DNA of 64,000 nucleotides from Lytechinus pictus (Eukaryota): NCBI RefSeq assembly GCF_037042905.1, contig NC_087252.1, positions 9,240,001 to 9,304,000 of the forward strand, read 5' to 3'. Shown piece by piece: positions 12,135 to 24,473 of this stretch (position 1 is its first letter; each line of letters starts with the position of its first letter). The notes under the pieces were generated by a model. It saw only the letters and a program-made list of their open reading frames with translations, ran no database searches and was not told where the DNA came from. The position numbers and the translations under genes were made by a program.

Positions 12135-12960
12135 CAATGGTATTTGAATGGTGGCGAATGGTAGTTGAATGGTGAATTGAATGGTAAATGGTACGTGATT
12201 GGTATTTAAGTGGTGTTTCAATGGTACGTGCTTAATGGTAAGTGGTAGTCTGTTTAATGGTAAATGGTATACCATATATCCAATGGTGTCTCAGTGGTAT
12301 GTTCCTAATGGTATGATTGGTATGATGAATGGTATACCATATACCAAATGGTGTTTCAATGGTATACAATGGTATCTCATTTGTATGTGTCTAATGGTAT
12401 GATTTGTATGGTGAATGGTATACCATATACCCAATGGTGCCTCAGTGGTATCGAATGGTATCTTAGTGTTATGTGTCTTCAATGGTATGGTTGTATGGTG
12501 AATGGTATACCATATACCAAATGGTGTTTCAATGGTATACAATGGTATCTTATTTGCATGTGTCTAATGGTATGATTTGTATGGTGAATGGTATACCATA
12601 TACCCAATGGTGTCTCAGTGGTATCGAATGGTGTCTTAGTGTTATGTGTATTCAATGGTATGGTTGTATGGTGAATGGTACACCATATACCAAATGGTGT
12701 TTCAATGGTATACAATGGTGTTTCATTTGTATGTGTCTAATGGTATGATTTGTATGGTGAATGGTATACCATACCCAATGGTGTCTCAGTGGTATCGAAT
12801 GGTGTCTTAGTGGTATGTGTCTCCAATGGTATGGTGGAATGGTGAACGGTTTTACCATACCAAATGGTGTCTCAGTGGTATCCAATGGTATGGTGTGTGC
12901 TTGTATATGATTGGTATGGTAAATGTGTCTCAGTAGAATGTGCCTTAATGGATAGGTGTT
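12135..12960. repeat. AATGGT-rich subterminal array with ~173-bp higher-order period
   Basis: The unit CCATATACCAAATGGTGTTTCAATGGTATAC recurs at about 173-bp spacing. Duplicated at ~24785-25590. Confidence 0.85.
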
Positions 12961-15900
12961 TTAAAGGTGAATTGAATACCAAAAGATAAATTGTAATTTA
13001 ATGATGGCTTTAATAGTGGTGTGTGCCTAATGAGTTGTATTTATGCTAACGGTGAATGGTATGCCCAATTGCATTACCCAATAACACAATTCCGAAGATT
13101 TAAAGAAAATCCAACAACGATTAAAAAGTAATTAGAGTTATTATAATTTTTGATTTGTGACTTTTATGCGAACAGCTTCCCCAAATCAAGCCTAATCGCT
13201 CACGATGGTAAACATGGTCTCTTGCATTCTTTTAAATTGTCTTTGTCTACTAAGTGAAAGGCCTGGAATTGTTTAGATAAGATCCAGTGCGTATATTAAT
13301 TTGATATATTTTACAATTGTACATATTACTTTGTAAATTTATATTTGATGCACTGAGTGCAAAAAAAGCAATCAATCAATGAAATCTTATTTTATAAAAA
13401 GGGTTTTTATTGTACCTTGATATCAACATACAAATTATTTCACAGCCGCTCCTGAAAGGGAAGAATATAGTCATCATTTACAATACAAATTTTGAAATTA
13501 ATACATGCAAGTTTTTGGGAGCAAAGAACATGAAAGAGCATGAACAAGATGCGAATCGTACTTAATAGAAAATTGTACATTTCACCATCCTTTCTTTTCT
13601 CTTTTTGTTTCTTGGTATAATTTGAACGGCACACCGCCTGCTCTATCTGTACGGTATACAGTTTTTTTTATGAAACGTCCCCCCCCCCTTTTTTCAAAGT
13701 TTTATTCTATTTTTAAATTAATTTTCTTATTCAATTATTGCCCCTTTTTATAAAGAGAGCTATGGGGTGTTGCAAGAAAATATTTGCAGTCAATCCCAAA
13801 ATCGGTTGCAAATTTATACGTGATAGACTAATTTCATCTAAAGTAAACCAATTTATAGATTTATTGATGGAAGAAACAATAAATCAGTTGCAAGTTTGCA
13901 ATTAAAAGTCAGACTTTCAACTGATTTTGGAGTTTGAAATTGACTTGCGTTCAATTGCAAGTTTCTTACAATGTCCCATAGGTCATTATTTTTCTTAAAA
14001 TGAATTCACTGGTGGTTGTCTTCCTCCCCCAACCCCTATCGAAATTTCCATCGGCAAACCCTGATTTTGGTCTGCAACGACCAAAGCCCCCTCCCGGCCA
14101 ATTTATATATCACTACTACTGCTTTCGATCATGAAACGTTCCTCTTTTAATTTTTTTTTAAACAAATTATATTTTAATTATTTTGTCTCCCTTATGGACG
14201 GTGTTTATAAAGAGGAGAGCTATTCTAGGCCGGTCATTACTTGCTTAATTGAATTGATTTGTCTGTTACATATTGTCTTGCCCCCCTCCCCCCAATAAAA
14301 TTCCCTGACGCCATACAATGTAACAGAAAAAATCTACTAAACGAAATTCTCAATTGCAATCAAAACAAAAGCGAAATTAAACAAAGAGAGAAAAGGAACC
14401 AAAAAGAAATAAGTAAAAAAAATATATCGAAAAAAAGAAAAATAAATTTAAAAAAAGAAAAGATAAAGACTAAGACAAAGTAAAGAAGAAAGATTGAACA
14501 GAAAAAAAAAGAAGAGATAAAAGAAGGAAAAGAAAAAAAAACGGAAAGAAAAGAAAGAAAGACATGGAATTATATAGAACAGAAAAAAAATGAGCGAAAT
14601 TATTTTTTTCATAGATCCTTTCAAAGGATAAAGCAGTGGCAAAAATTGACTGCATGGTTGCCAACCCAGAACCAATCAAGAAAAAGACACCCCTGATTTG
14701 GTCTTACATGCAATTCACCCCATATCGGGATGTATCTTGGCGAAGAAGCCCCCTCCCCCTGATTTGGTCTTAATTTACCCCCCCCCCCCCATATCGGGAT
14801 GTGTTGGCTGCACTGCTAGCTATAGCTCGCTCTATGTATGTAAGTGTCGTTCTCGCACGCGCGCGCGCGCACGTACGCATGTAACCGCCAGTTGCAATAT
14901 TTGAAAAAAAAACGATCAACCACTGTTTCGCTGTTGCAAAGTCCCTCGATAATTCATCATAAACTAAAGGAACACAGGTCAGATACGGACAACGACTTCA
15001 AAGTCATTTGCAGAATAGGCTAAACAGTAAGTTAGATAACAATTTTCTTTGATATTGTTTTCGTAGTTAGTGGCTCGGCCTGATTTCTTAGAATGTTACT
15101 GTTACTGTTAGATGTCGTTGTACCGCCACGGGAATTCACTGCCACGACCACCACCGTCACTGCCCCGTTGGCGCGGGCCGGGACACGCCTGGCTCTGGCG
15201 ATATTGATTATGGGGTGCGTTATGCTTTGTATTGGCTGAGGTGAGCTGAGCCAAGCATTGAATAGTAATTCGCTCGTATGGCCTGATATTTATTGTCAAT
15301 GTTTTACAAAACCATCTCTGAATACCGGTATGAATTTATGAAGGAATATGACTTGTTAAATTAATGCAGTACAGTGCAGTACTGTCATGACATTTTCACT
15401 TTTCACGTTTTTTCACTGAAATGGAAACCTTGCCGAAAAATATTGCTCTGGAATGAGGCCTATAATTTGTTGTTGTTGGTAGATAATATTGGTAAATTTA
15501 AGATGACATGGACATGGTTATATTCAGGTGAAACATGGTAAGGTGTCCTACATTTAAAAACATGATATTAAAGTAAAGGCTACGCAGGCCCTAAAAAGCT
15601 CGCACCACTTATTTGCGCATGCAATTTCAATGGTAAAATGTGCACTTTGTGTGCGGAACTGTGACTGGAGAGAGTGACAAACGATTCCTATTCATTTTTC
15701 TAGAGAGGCTACAATAGTTATTCAGGGAAATCCTACAACTGTTTGGAATTAGCATGTTTTAGAAATTGAGGCCAGCTGACTAAAATCACAATTCCTGAAT
15801 TTTTTCCTTGGGATTTTTCCGTGGGATTGGGCGCTAAATTTGCACCGAACATCTTCGAGCATAATTCCCCACCAAATAGTGTTCTCAAATGTCATAGCGA

Positions 15901-16863
15901 GTCTGAATTGCATTGAGTGTCCATATGCCCACTGCTTTCCGAATATTGGGAACAGCTGTACCGGTATATTGGCTTCGATCTCTACGTCATTGTTTGAATC
16001 CTCATGCGTTGCTTTGCCGTAATTTTGATATGGACTGAAGTAAAGAAATCATGCAAACTGCCGCAGACAAATCTTTTGGTCGCTAACTTCAGTCCTTATA
16101 AACTACGGTGAAGCCAAGCAAAGTGATGTCTGACTGAGAATTTGAACGATAACATAATGTTTAATCTTGGGGCCCGGAAAGTTTAGCAAAAAAAATCCGG
16201 GCCCTGGAACTCAGAGCCACCGCTCAACACCGTTGCTGCAGCCCTAGAAAAAACCTGGCCCCGATAATCCCAAATGCACTTTCGTACCCTGCGATGTTAG
16301 CGAACTAATTTAACCTTAACATTTGTCCGAATCAATTCATCGGCTTTTGGTTCAGAACCAAAACCCGATGCAGAATCGGCTTGTGGTTTATCTTGCACTG
16401 CGTTTACACGCTGTTACAGCTAGCAGTGCAGAATCGGCTCGCGTGTCAAAAACCTGAATTGATACGCACACCAACAATATACGTCATAATAAAGACAACG
16501 CTGGATCCGTGCGCTTCCAATTACATCACAATGGTAATGTAAATGAAATGTGCATTAGCAATGCAGAATAAGTTTACTGTTTACACGTAGTAAAAAGGCA
16601 AATTCTGCATCGGCTCGCGGTTCTGAACCTATTACTTTGTTGGTGCAAATTGCCGATTCTGAACCGCGAGCCGATGCAAGTTAATCGTGTTTACACGCTA
16701 TGAAAAATCCGATGCTGCATCGGCTCGCGGTTCTGAACCGCGAGCCGATGCAAAAGCCGATTAAGTGTAAACATGGTATATATTTCCATTGGAAATATCT
16801 TCTGTAACTTTCAAAAGGAGGGAAACTCTTGTGTAAAGACGCCATATTTACATTAAACACATT

Positions 16864-17708
16864 GGCCCAAATTCACAAAGGTGGTTTTGAAAACCCACGG
16901 TTGAGTCCATGGTTTATGCAGATTTCCTGTATAAATTATGCTTAATTTAGCACGTATCTGGCACGTGTATAAAAAATGTCAAATTCTGATGCGCGCTTTT
17001 GTCGCAGTGTGCCAAATTGACGCCTGTTACCATGGTTAGATACGCTATTTTATTCATGAGTCCACTGTTGAATAGTGGACTCATTGGCCCGAATTCACAA
17101 AGGTGGTTTTGAAAACCCACGGTTGAGTCCATGGTTTATGTAGATTTCCTGTATAAATTACGCTTAATTTAGCGCGTATCGGGCGCGTATGTAAGAAATG
17201 TCCAATGCTAATGCGCGCTTTTGTCACAGTGCGCCAAATTGACGCCTGTTACCATGGTTATATAAATACGCTATTTTATTCCTGAGTCCACTGTTTTTAT
17301 TCATGAGTCCACTCTTTAAACAGTGGACTCATGAATAAAATAGCATATCTAACCATGGTAACAGGCATCAATTTGACGCACTGTGACAAAAGCGCGCATC
17401 AGCATTGGACATTTTTTTATACACGCGCCAGATACGCGCTAAATTAAGCGTAATTTATACATGAAACCGTGGGTTTTCAAAACCACCTTTGTGAATTCGG
17501 GCCATTAATTCAAAACAGTGGACTCGTGAATAAAATAGCGTGGATAGCCACAGCAACATGCGTCAATTTGGCGCACTGTAACAAAAGCGCGCATAAGCAT
17601 TGGACATATTTTGATATTTGCGGTAAAATAAGCGTCATTTATACAGGAAATCTCCATAAACCATGGACTCACCCGGGGTTTTAAAAACCACCTTTTCGAA
17701 TTCGGGTC
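16864..17708. mobile_element. Palindromic PIF/Harbinger-like MITE with a nested same-family copy (17086-17503)
   Basis: Both outer and inner elements start GGCCC(A/G)AATTCACAAAGGTGG, end in the inverse, and are flanked by a 3-bp ATT TSD. Confidence 0.8.
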
Positions 17709-18206
17709 ATTGACTATTGCTCTCAAGGGGGGGGGGGGGGCCACAGGTCAATTGTGCCCATCTGGATCCGCTACTGTGATTGTCAATACCAAGAAAATCA
17801 TATTGAATGTTATCAATTAATTGATTACCTTTTGAAAACTGCTGCTCTGGAAATATGATTTCAGATCATTCTTTTTCTATTAGATAATTTTCTCTTGCAT
17901 ATCTACATGATTGATGATCCAAACATGTTATGCAGCAGAGTAACTGTGTTATATTGATCTAAATATTTCCAGCATGCACACACAGAAAATCTTGGGTGGG
18001 GGGATTTTATTTCTGTGATATCAATGTCAAACGTATTCCCAAGTGAATTTGCTGCATATGTTGAAATAACAATGATAATGATGCTGTATATGAGTGAATC
18101 ATTGAATTTTTGAGCTTAAAGGAAGTTTTACTATATTAGTATTATATTTTTGTTTGTATTTGCACATGCATATTTTCCAAAGCTCAAATTTTTTATTTCA
18201 TTTAAG

Positions 18207-18323
18207 ATTGGACGACGGATACACTGGATGATAATGTAGATGGTCCAGGATTATCAGGGAAGGATACTACAGGTGCTGAACACAGAAAACCGTTTACAAG
18301 AAAACAACTGGAGTTTGTGAAAG
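18207..18323 (+). CDS. Putative internal coding exon of the CACTA-like element (WTTDTLDDNVDGPGLSGKDTTGAEHRKPFTRKQLEFVK)
   Basis: Acceptor TTTTATTTCATTTAAG| and donor AAG|GTAATT; 117 nt open. The paralog at 56032-56145 keeps the frame. Confidence 0.5.
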
Positions 18324-18879
18324 GTAATTGTGTAAGAATTCACTTCATTAGAAAAAATTGCAAAGCTTCATTAGATAAAACAGATTGTACTCCTGCAGTG
18401 GCATAGATGGAAAACAACTTGTGAGGAATGGTAAAAATCCTAAAAAAGGCCATTTGTCATCCCCATTTATAGGAGTACAAGTCCTTTCTAACACCCCCCC
18501 CCCCGGAAAAAAAATCAATATGCTGGCTGGGGAGGGGGGGGGGTGGGCGCTTTGGCCCCAGGTATGCATGTGGTATGGTATTTGTCACCATTTGGGCAAC
18601 TTCCCATTTAATATAACGGGTCATTTTCTGCTCATCTATGGTTAAACATGAATTTCTTTATCACATTGTACAAAATGTTTTGTTGATATTTGTTAATTGG
18701 TACTATTCAATTGAAGGGTGGTGTATAATGCAAATTTCTCGATATTTTAGAAAAAATCTATGAATTTCTCAAGAAAGCTTGCACACATTGATTGATTGAT
18801 GTTTTGAACCTGTAGCTGACATACTGTCCTTTGCATTGTTTTCATCTTATATTCCTTATTACAGCTTCAAGGAATTAAT

Positions 18880-19028
18880 CCTGCTTGGTACCCATTCACT
18901 TCACCTTGCTCGAGTGCAGCACAGTGTGGATAAATGTGTTGCTGAAGGAAAACACCATTGCTAGGATTTGAACCCATGACCCTCTGTTTGAAAGGTGAGA
19001 GACAGAACCACTTGACCACGACGCACCC
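18880..19028 (-). mobile_element. Decayed tRNA-derived SINE, related to 60551-60911
   Basis: Minus-strand tRNA head GTCGTGGTCAAGTGG...GGGTTCAAATCC and core ending GAATGGGTACC. Confidence 0.7.
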
Positions 19029-19996
19029 ACAATTTACAAGCTGATGTCATATCCCCACTTGTTCTTTTGTATTTTATAACAAGAAGTCCTGTTTATTCAC
19101 ATTTTGACCTCCAAGAACTAAATAGTGGAGTGAAAATGTATTTAATGTGAACATATGCATTGCTGGAAATCACTTCATGATATGTGGGACAAATCATACA
19201 CACGTGTATGAAAATATGAAATGATTATGATTTCATTTTATTACATAAGCCTAACAAATATTCCTGACGATCGTGTGCACATTCCAGTAATATTTCCCAA
19301 AATGTTGCTAAACTTTCAAATTAAAGACTTCGTTATCAGATTTTAATGAAATTGTCAACATTATGCTTTTCTGATTCATTCTCTTCCTACCTAAATCTCC
19401 CATTTTCTCATGCTTTCTTTCTATGGTCCCCTTCATTCTCCTTATCACTATGTTATAGGTAAAATGTAACCGGTCGTCTAACACATTTGATTGAAGGGTT
19501 AGGTACTCACATTTAAAAGTTATGTGATTCAAACACACAAAGTGTACATCAGAAAAAAAAAACCACTGAAAATTTCATCAAAATTGAAAGAGTATTAACG
19601 AAGTTATGACGAATTAATGTTGTTAATTTTTTTGGTAAAACGATCCCAATTTATATATTTTTTTGTATTATATGAATTCAAATTTTGTCAGCTAGGTTGT
19701 AAGAATTTACGATTGACTACTGATTTACTGTGTAAGACAATAATCTTATTATTTCTCACACATAGATAAGTAATTCATCTGATTCAACACAACAAAAAAG
19801 AAACAAGTGTATCTTGTATTTATTATTTTATATATATTTTGCAAAATATTAGAAAAAGAGGTCTCTATTTTTCTTCTGTTTTTTCAGTATTTCAAATTGA
19901 ATAATTTATTTTTCCTATTTTCATTATATTATCTTTCTATTTGTGATAATTCATTTATTTCTTTATGTATCTTTATTGTATTTATGATAAAATTTT

Positions 19997-20527
19997 GGCG
20001 TGTTTCTACAGAAATCATTAAGAAACGGTTTATCTTTATCCGATTCGAAATAACCTTATCGCCCTTAAACCAACCTGTTTCTACAGACTGAATAATCTGA
20101 TTAACTCGCATTTCGCGTCACAAATACGGCGGATATCAGAAAATTCAACCTATAACCTCACATAGCATCTCGCTAGGAAAATTTTCAAATTTTATGGTAG
20201 ATCTCACTCAATGTAGCAGGTTTACACATTGCGCGATCAGCTGGCAAGATCGAAAAGGCCAGAATATATGCATACTGCGAAATTGCACTTCCGGGTTCAA
20301 GCACTTCCGCCAGACACAATACGCTATTTTGTCCTGTGTTTTTACAGAAAATTTAAACGGATTAACATGGCAATAACCACCTCTCAGAGATGGTTATGAC
20401 AAACCGTATTTTGCGCGATGCAGTTTATCAATAAACCGCATCGCGTCTGTTTCTACAGGAAAGTTTTCCGGGATTCTGGATACTTACGCGTGTAATACCT
20501 TTTAACGATTCTATGTAGAAACACGCC
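19997..20527. mobile_element. MITE
   Basis: TIR GGCGTGTTTCTACA / TGTAGAAACACGCC, with internal repeats of TGTTTCTACAG. Confidence 0.65.
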
Positions 20528-21249
20528 GTTTGATAATCTTTTTAGGTGAAAAGAAAATAGAGAACGATTTTGGGGTTCTATTTTTTTTTTTTGGGGGGGG
20601 TACTATTTTCCCCCTTTTGGGGATAATTAATTTCTTCTAGGTTTGGTACCCTTTATTCATTTGGCCATGTGAAGGCTATCACACATTTTGAGTTTAATCT
20701 TCGAAACTTGGTGTTCATTAGTTTGTTGTCCAAACTATGTCTTTCATGTAAATTTGTTTATAGGAAGATTAACATAATATCTATGTGGAGTGCAATCATT
20801 GATCTCTTGTAGAGCCGCACAGTCACATGTATTCATAATACTGGTGCTTTTATGCCATACTTGTCAATACTCTTTTGTACTTATTAGTAAAAAAAAAAAA
20901 TGTTTTATTAATGTATGCAGAACAGTGGTTTTGCCAGGTACTCAATCCATGTAAAAAAGCAATCAGAGAGAACAGGTTTATTCTTGAAAATGTTAGTCTT
21001 CATTTGTTGTGTTTTTCAATCAAACTCAGTCTTGATACATGTTTATTTTTAGATACCAAGATTGACAGAATATAGATGTCATCGAGTAGCAAAGTCATAT
21101 ATATTCATAACTTATGTGCTTTAATGATAAAGTCTATACTTGTGAATACTGTGTGCTATTTATGCTACTTAAACTTCTTATAGTAAAAACATTTTATTGA
21201 CGTTCTTGAAATAACTGTTTTCATCATTTTGTTTTCTTGTGCATACTTA

Positions 21250-22220
21250 ATCCATCATTGAACCTACCATTAACCCCAGATATATGCTGTTCACCATTGG
21301 TCTACCATTCACTGTACTTTATTGGCCTACTATACATTGTACACCTTTGATCTACTGTCTATCATTCAGTGTAAACCATTGGTCTACCATTCACTGTACA
21401 CATGTGGTCTATAGTGTATGGCCAATGGTGTAAATTGAATGATTGACCAATAGTAAAGAGTGTATGGTATGACAATGGTGTACAGTAAAAGGGTAGGCCA
21501 ATGGTGTACGGTAAGTGGTAGGTCAATGGTGTACGGTGTATGGTAAGCCAATGGTGTACGGTAAATGATAGGTCAATGGTGCACGGTGTATGACGAATGG
21601 TAGGTGAATGGTGTACGGTGAATGGTACGCAAATGGTGTATGGTGAATGGTACGCGAATGGTGTAAGGTGAATGGTACGCGAATGGTGTACGGTGAATGG
21701 TACGCGAATGGTGTACGGTGAATGGTACGCGAATGGTGTATGGTGAATGGTAGGCGAATGGTGTACGGTGAATGGTACGCGAATGGTGTACGGTGAATGG
21801 TATGCGAATGGTGTACGGTGAATGGTACGCGAATGGTATATGGTGAATGGTAGGTCAATGGTGTATGGTAGGCAATGGGGTACGGTGAATGGTGGAAGGT
21901 GAATGGTAGGCCAATGGTGTCCAGTGAACGGTGGCTGAATGGTAAATGGTAGGCCAGTGAATGGTGGTCAATGGTAGACCTGTCTATAGTGGCCATATGG
22001 TAGATCAATGGTGAATGGTGTTTGATCAATGGTATATGAATGGTAAATGGTGCTCATGAATATGGTAATAGTAACGTCCCAATTATTTAAATTAGTTTGA
22101 ATGGTATACCATTGGGGCTTGAATGGTATACCATTGGTGTATGGTGGGTGCTGTGCGAATGGTATTCCAATGGTATATCAATGGTGTATGGTAAATGGTA
22201 GTCAATGGTATACCATTCAA
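21250..22220. repeat. Right subterminal array of the CACTA-like element (~25-bp unit GAATGGTACGCGAATGGTGTACGGT)
   Basis: Directly visible tandem units, with inverted ACCATT units at ~21260-21400. Confidence 0.85.
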
Positions 22221-22299
22221 TTTTTTTTATAAGGGCATGCCGCTCTTTCTTTTCTTTTCTTTTGATCAAAATAAATTATGGTTATTTGATATAATCTGG

Positions 22300-22807
22300 T
22301 GTATTTGCGAAGATTTCCCCAAATTCAAACAAACCTTTACGTGGGGATTCACAGAAAACCAAGAAACAACTATATGTAGTTTTACCAGGAATTGTGGGAA
22401 TTTCCCCAAGACGGGGTTTTACCAACTTCAAATAGGCGCTCACAATCATATGACAACTAATATTGGCAGGCATTTATGGTGGGTATTACCAAAGCTATAA
22501 TGACTTGTGGGGATTTGCCACTTGTATATTGATATCTTAAAGAAGGCTTTAAAAACTAGTATGGCCTGCATTATACTCAGCATTTTCAACCAAGAAGCTC
22601 GATCAGCAGGTCCGGCGGTGTCCTGAACAAATATTCTGTCCAATCACGTTCTCATTCAAATGACATTCAAAGTACAGATTTAAAATTGGTCACAGTACAA
22701 GAAGGACTTCTTCAAATCTTGGTACCATTTCGGATTGAAACGCAATCAAACAGTTCGTCCATCTGACCACTCTAGCTGAAGATACTGAACTCGTCATTTC
22801 GGTAAGT
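22300..22807 (+). promoter_or_regulatory. Paralogous promoter and exon 1 with clustered kB-like sites
   Basis: GGGAATTTCC at 22396 plus several near-consensus sites. Motifs are colinear with 4176-4455. Donor TCG|GTAAGT at 22801/22802. Confidence 0.5.
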
Positions 22808-23390
22808 AATATTTTATTATTGATTTATTCAGTTTCCAATTTTATTCCTTCATTTTCAACATCCCCATGCAATCGCCATGGGTTATTCAGAAGTGTAATT
22901 CCTTTGGGGTCACTATACCTATATCAATAGATCCACGTGTACTATCAGGAGCGGATCCCGGATTTCCCAGAAGGGGGACGAGACATTTCAGAAAAAAATA
23001 TTGAGAAACAAGAAATAATAAGAAAAGGGTCTTTACCCCTTTATGCCCGACATTTTCCATCCCGAACGATGTCTGCACGGGTAGGAAATTCCTCCCCTCC
23101 AACCCCCCCCCCCCCCCATTGATCAACCAATGTGCACAGGGTTTGCTATCCATTGACTCTTGACAAACCCAAACAACCGCCCAGTAATTCGTAATGTCGT
23201 GCTTCCTCTTCACGTACGTCGTTCTACTCGCTTCCTTTATCGATTTACATTAAACCTGGGTTAATTATCATGACCCTTAAAGGGGGTACTGGGGAGGCTT
23301 AGGATTTTTTTTTTGCTCGCCATATTTTTCCTGGAACACCCCCCCCCCCCCCCCTTCGTGTTGTATCAATATTTTTTGCTTGCTTGTTAC

Positions 23391-23907
23391 AGGGATGGTC
23401 CAGGCTGAAACTATTCATGTTTTTATATTCACATAGCAAAATGCCGAAAATTTCATCAAAATCGGATAACAAATAATAAAGTTATTGTCGTTTAAAATTT
23501 AGCAATATTTTGTGAAAACAGTCGTCGTGAATATTCATGATGTCACAGCTGTCACAAATCCTATTTTTTCATTATTTCATACTTGTGTGAATAATATGTC
23601 TCCCTTATAATAAGTTGCAGCAATAAATATATAATGCAATATTCAGTTGTCAACCTAATTTTTCTAGTTCTTGGAAGAAAAATTTGAATAAACCTAATTT
23701 CATATAATAAAATACAAAAGAACAAGCGGGAATGTGACATCATCAGCCCACCTATGAATATTCATGACGACTGTTTTTGCTAAACTTTAAAATTCAATAA
23801 CTTTGTTATTTGTTATCCTATTTTGATGAAATTTTCGGCACTTTGCTTAGTGAATTCTCCTTTACTTATTATAAAAGCTATGAATACTTTCAGCCCGGAC
23901 CATCCCT
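23391..23907. mobile_element. Kolobok-like MITE
   Basis: TIR AGGGATGGTCC(A/G)GGCTGAAA; flanks TTAC/TTAA; long internal inverted repeats. Confidence 0.75.
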
Positions 23908-23911
23908 TTAA

Positions 23912-24473
23912 AGGCCAAGTCCACCTCAGAAAAATGTTGATTTGAATCAATAGAGAAAAATCAGACATGCACAATGCTGAAAATTTCATCAAAATCGGAT
24001 GTAAAACAAGAAAGTTATGACATTTCAAAGTTTCGCTTATTTTTAACAAAATATTTATATAAACGAGGCAGTTACATCCAAATGAAAGAGTCAATGATGT
24101 CACTCACTCACTATTTCTTTTGTTTTTTATTGTTTGAATTATACAATATTTCAATGTTTATGAATTTGACGATTAGGACCTTCTTGCCTGAACCACAAAA
24201 TGTTTAGATAATGGAATTCCACGTGTTCAGGGAGGGATGAAACTTCATTTCAAATGACAATGACGAGAAAATCAAAATATTTCATATGTCATTATAATAA
24301 AATACACATACCGACCAAGATGTGCATATAACTGTTTTGTCAATTGAAGCGAAACTTTAAAATGTCATAACTTTCTTATTTTACATCCGATTTTGATGAA
24401 ATTTTCAGTGCTATGCTTGTTGAATTTTTCTCTTTTTATTCAAATCAAGTTTTTGTTGGAGTGAACTTGTCCT
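23912..24473. mobile_element. Kolobok-like MITE abutting the previous element at a shared TTAA
   Basis: TTAA|AGGCCAAGTCCAC ... GTGAACTTGTCCT|TTAA. Confidence 0.8.

Larger units (their letters stand above)
12119..22235. mobile_element. Large non-autonomous CACTA/EnSpm-like DNA transposon, copy 1
   Basis: 12-bp TIR CCCTTATAAAAA / TTTTTATAAGGG. Long subterminal AATGGT/ACCAT repeat fields at both ends. A second copy begins with the same terminus at 24769. No clear TSD. Confidence 0.6.

Noticed and set aside
12199..12885. Repetitive ORFs here, at 21523-22029 and at 24860-25609
   Set aside because: They arise from AATGGT arrays that are open in several frames on both strands.
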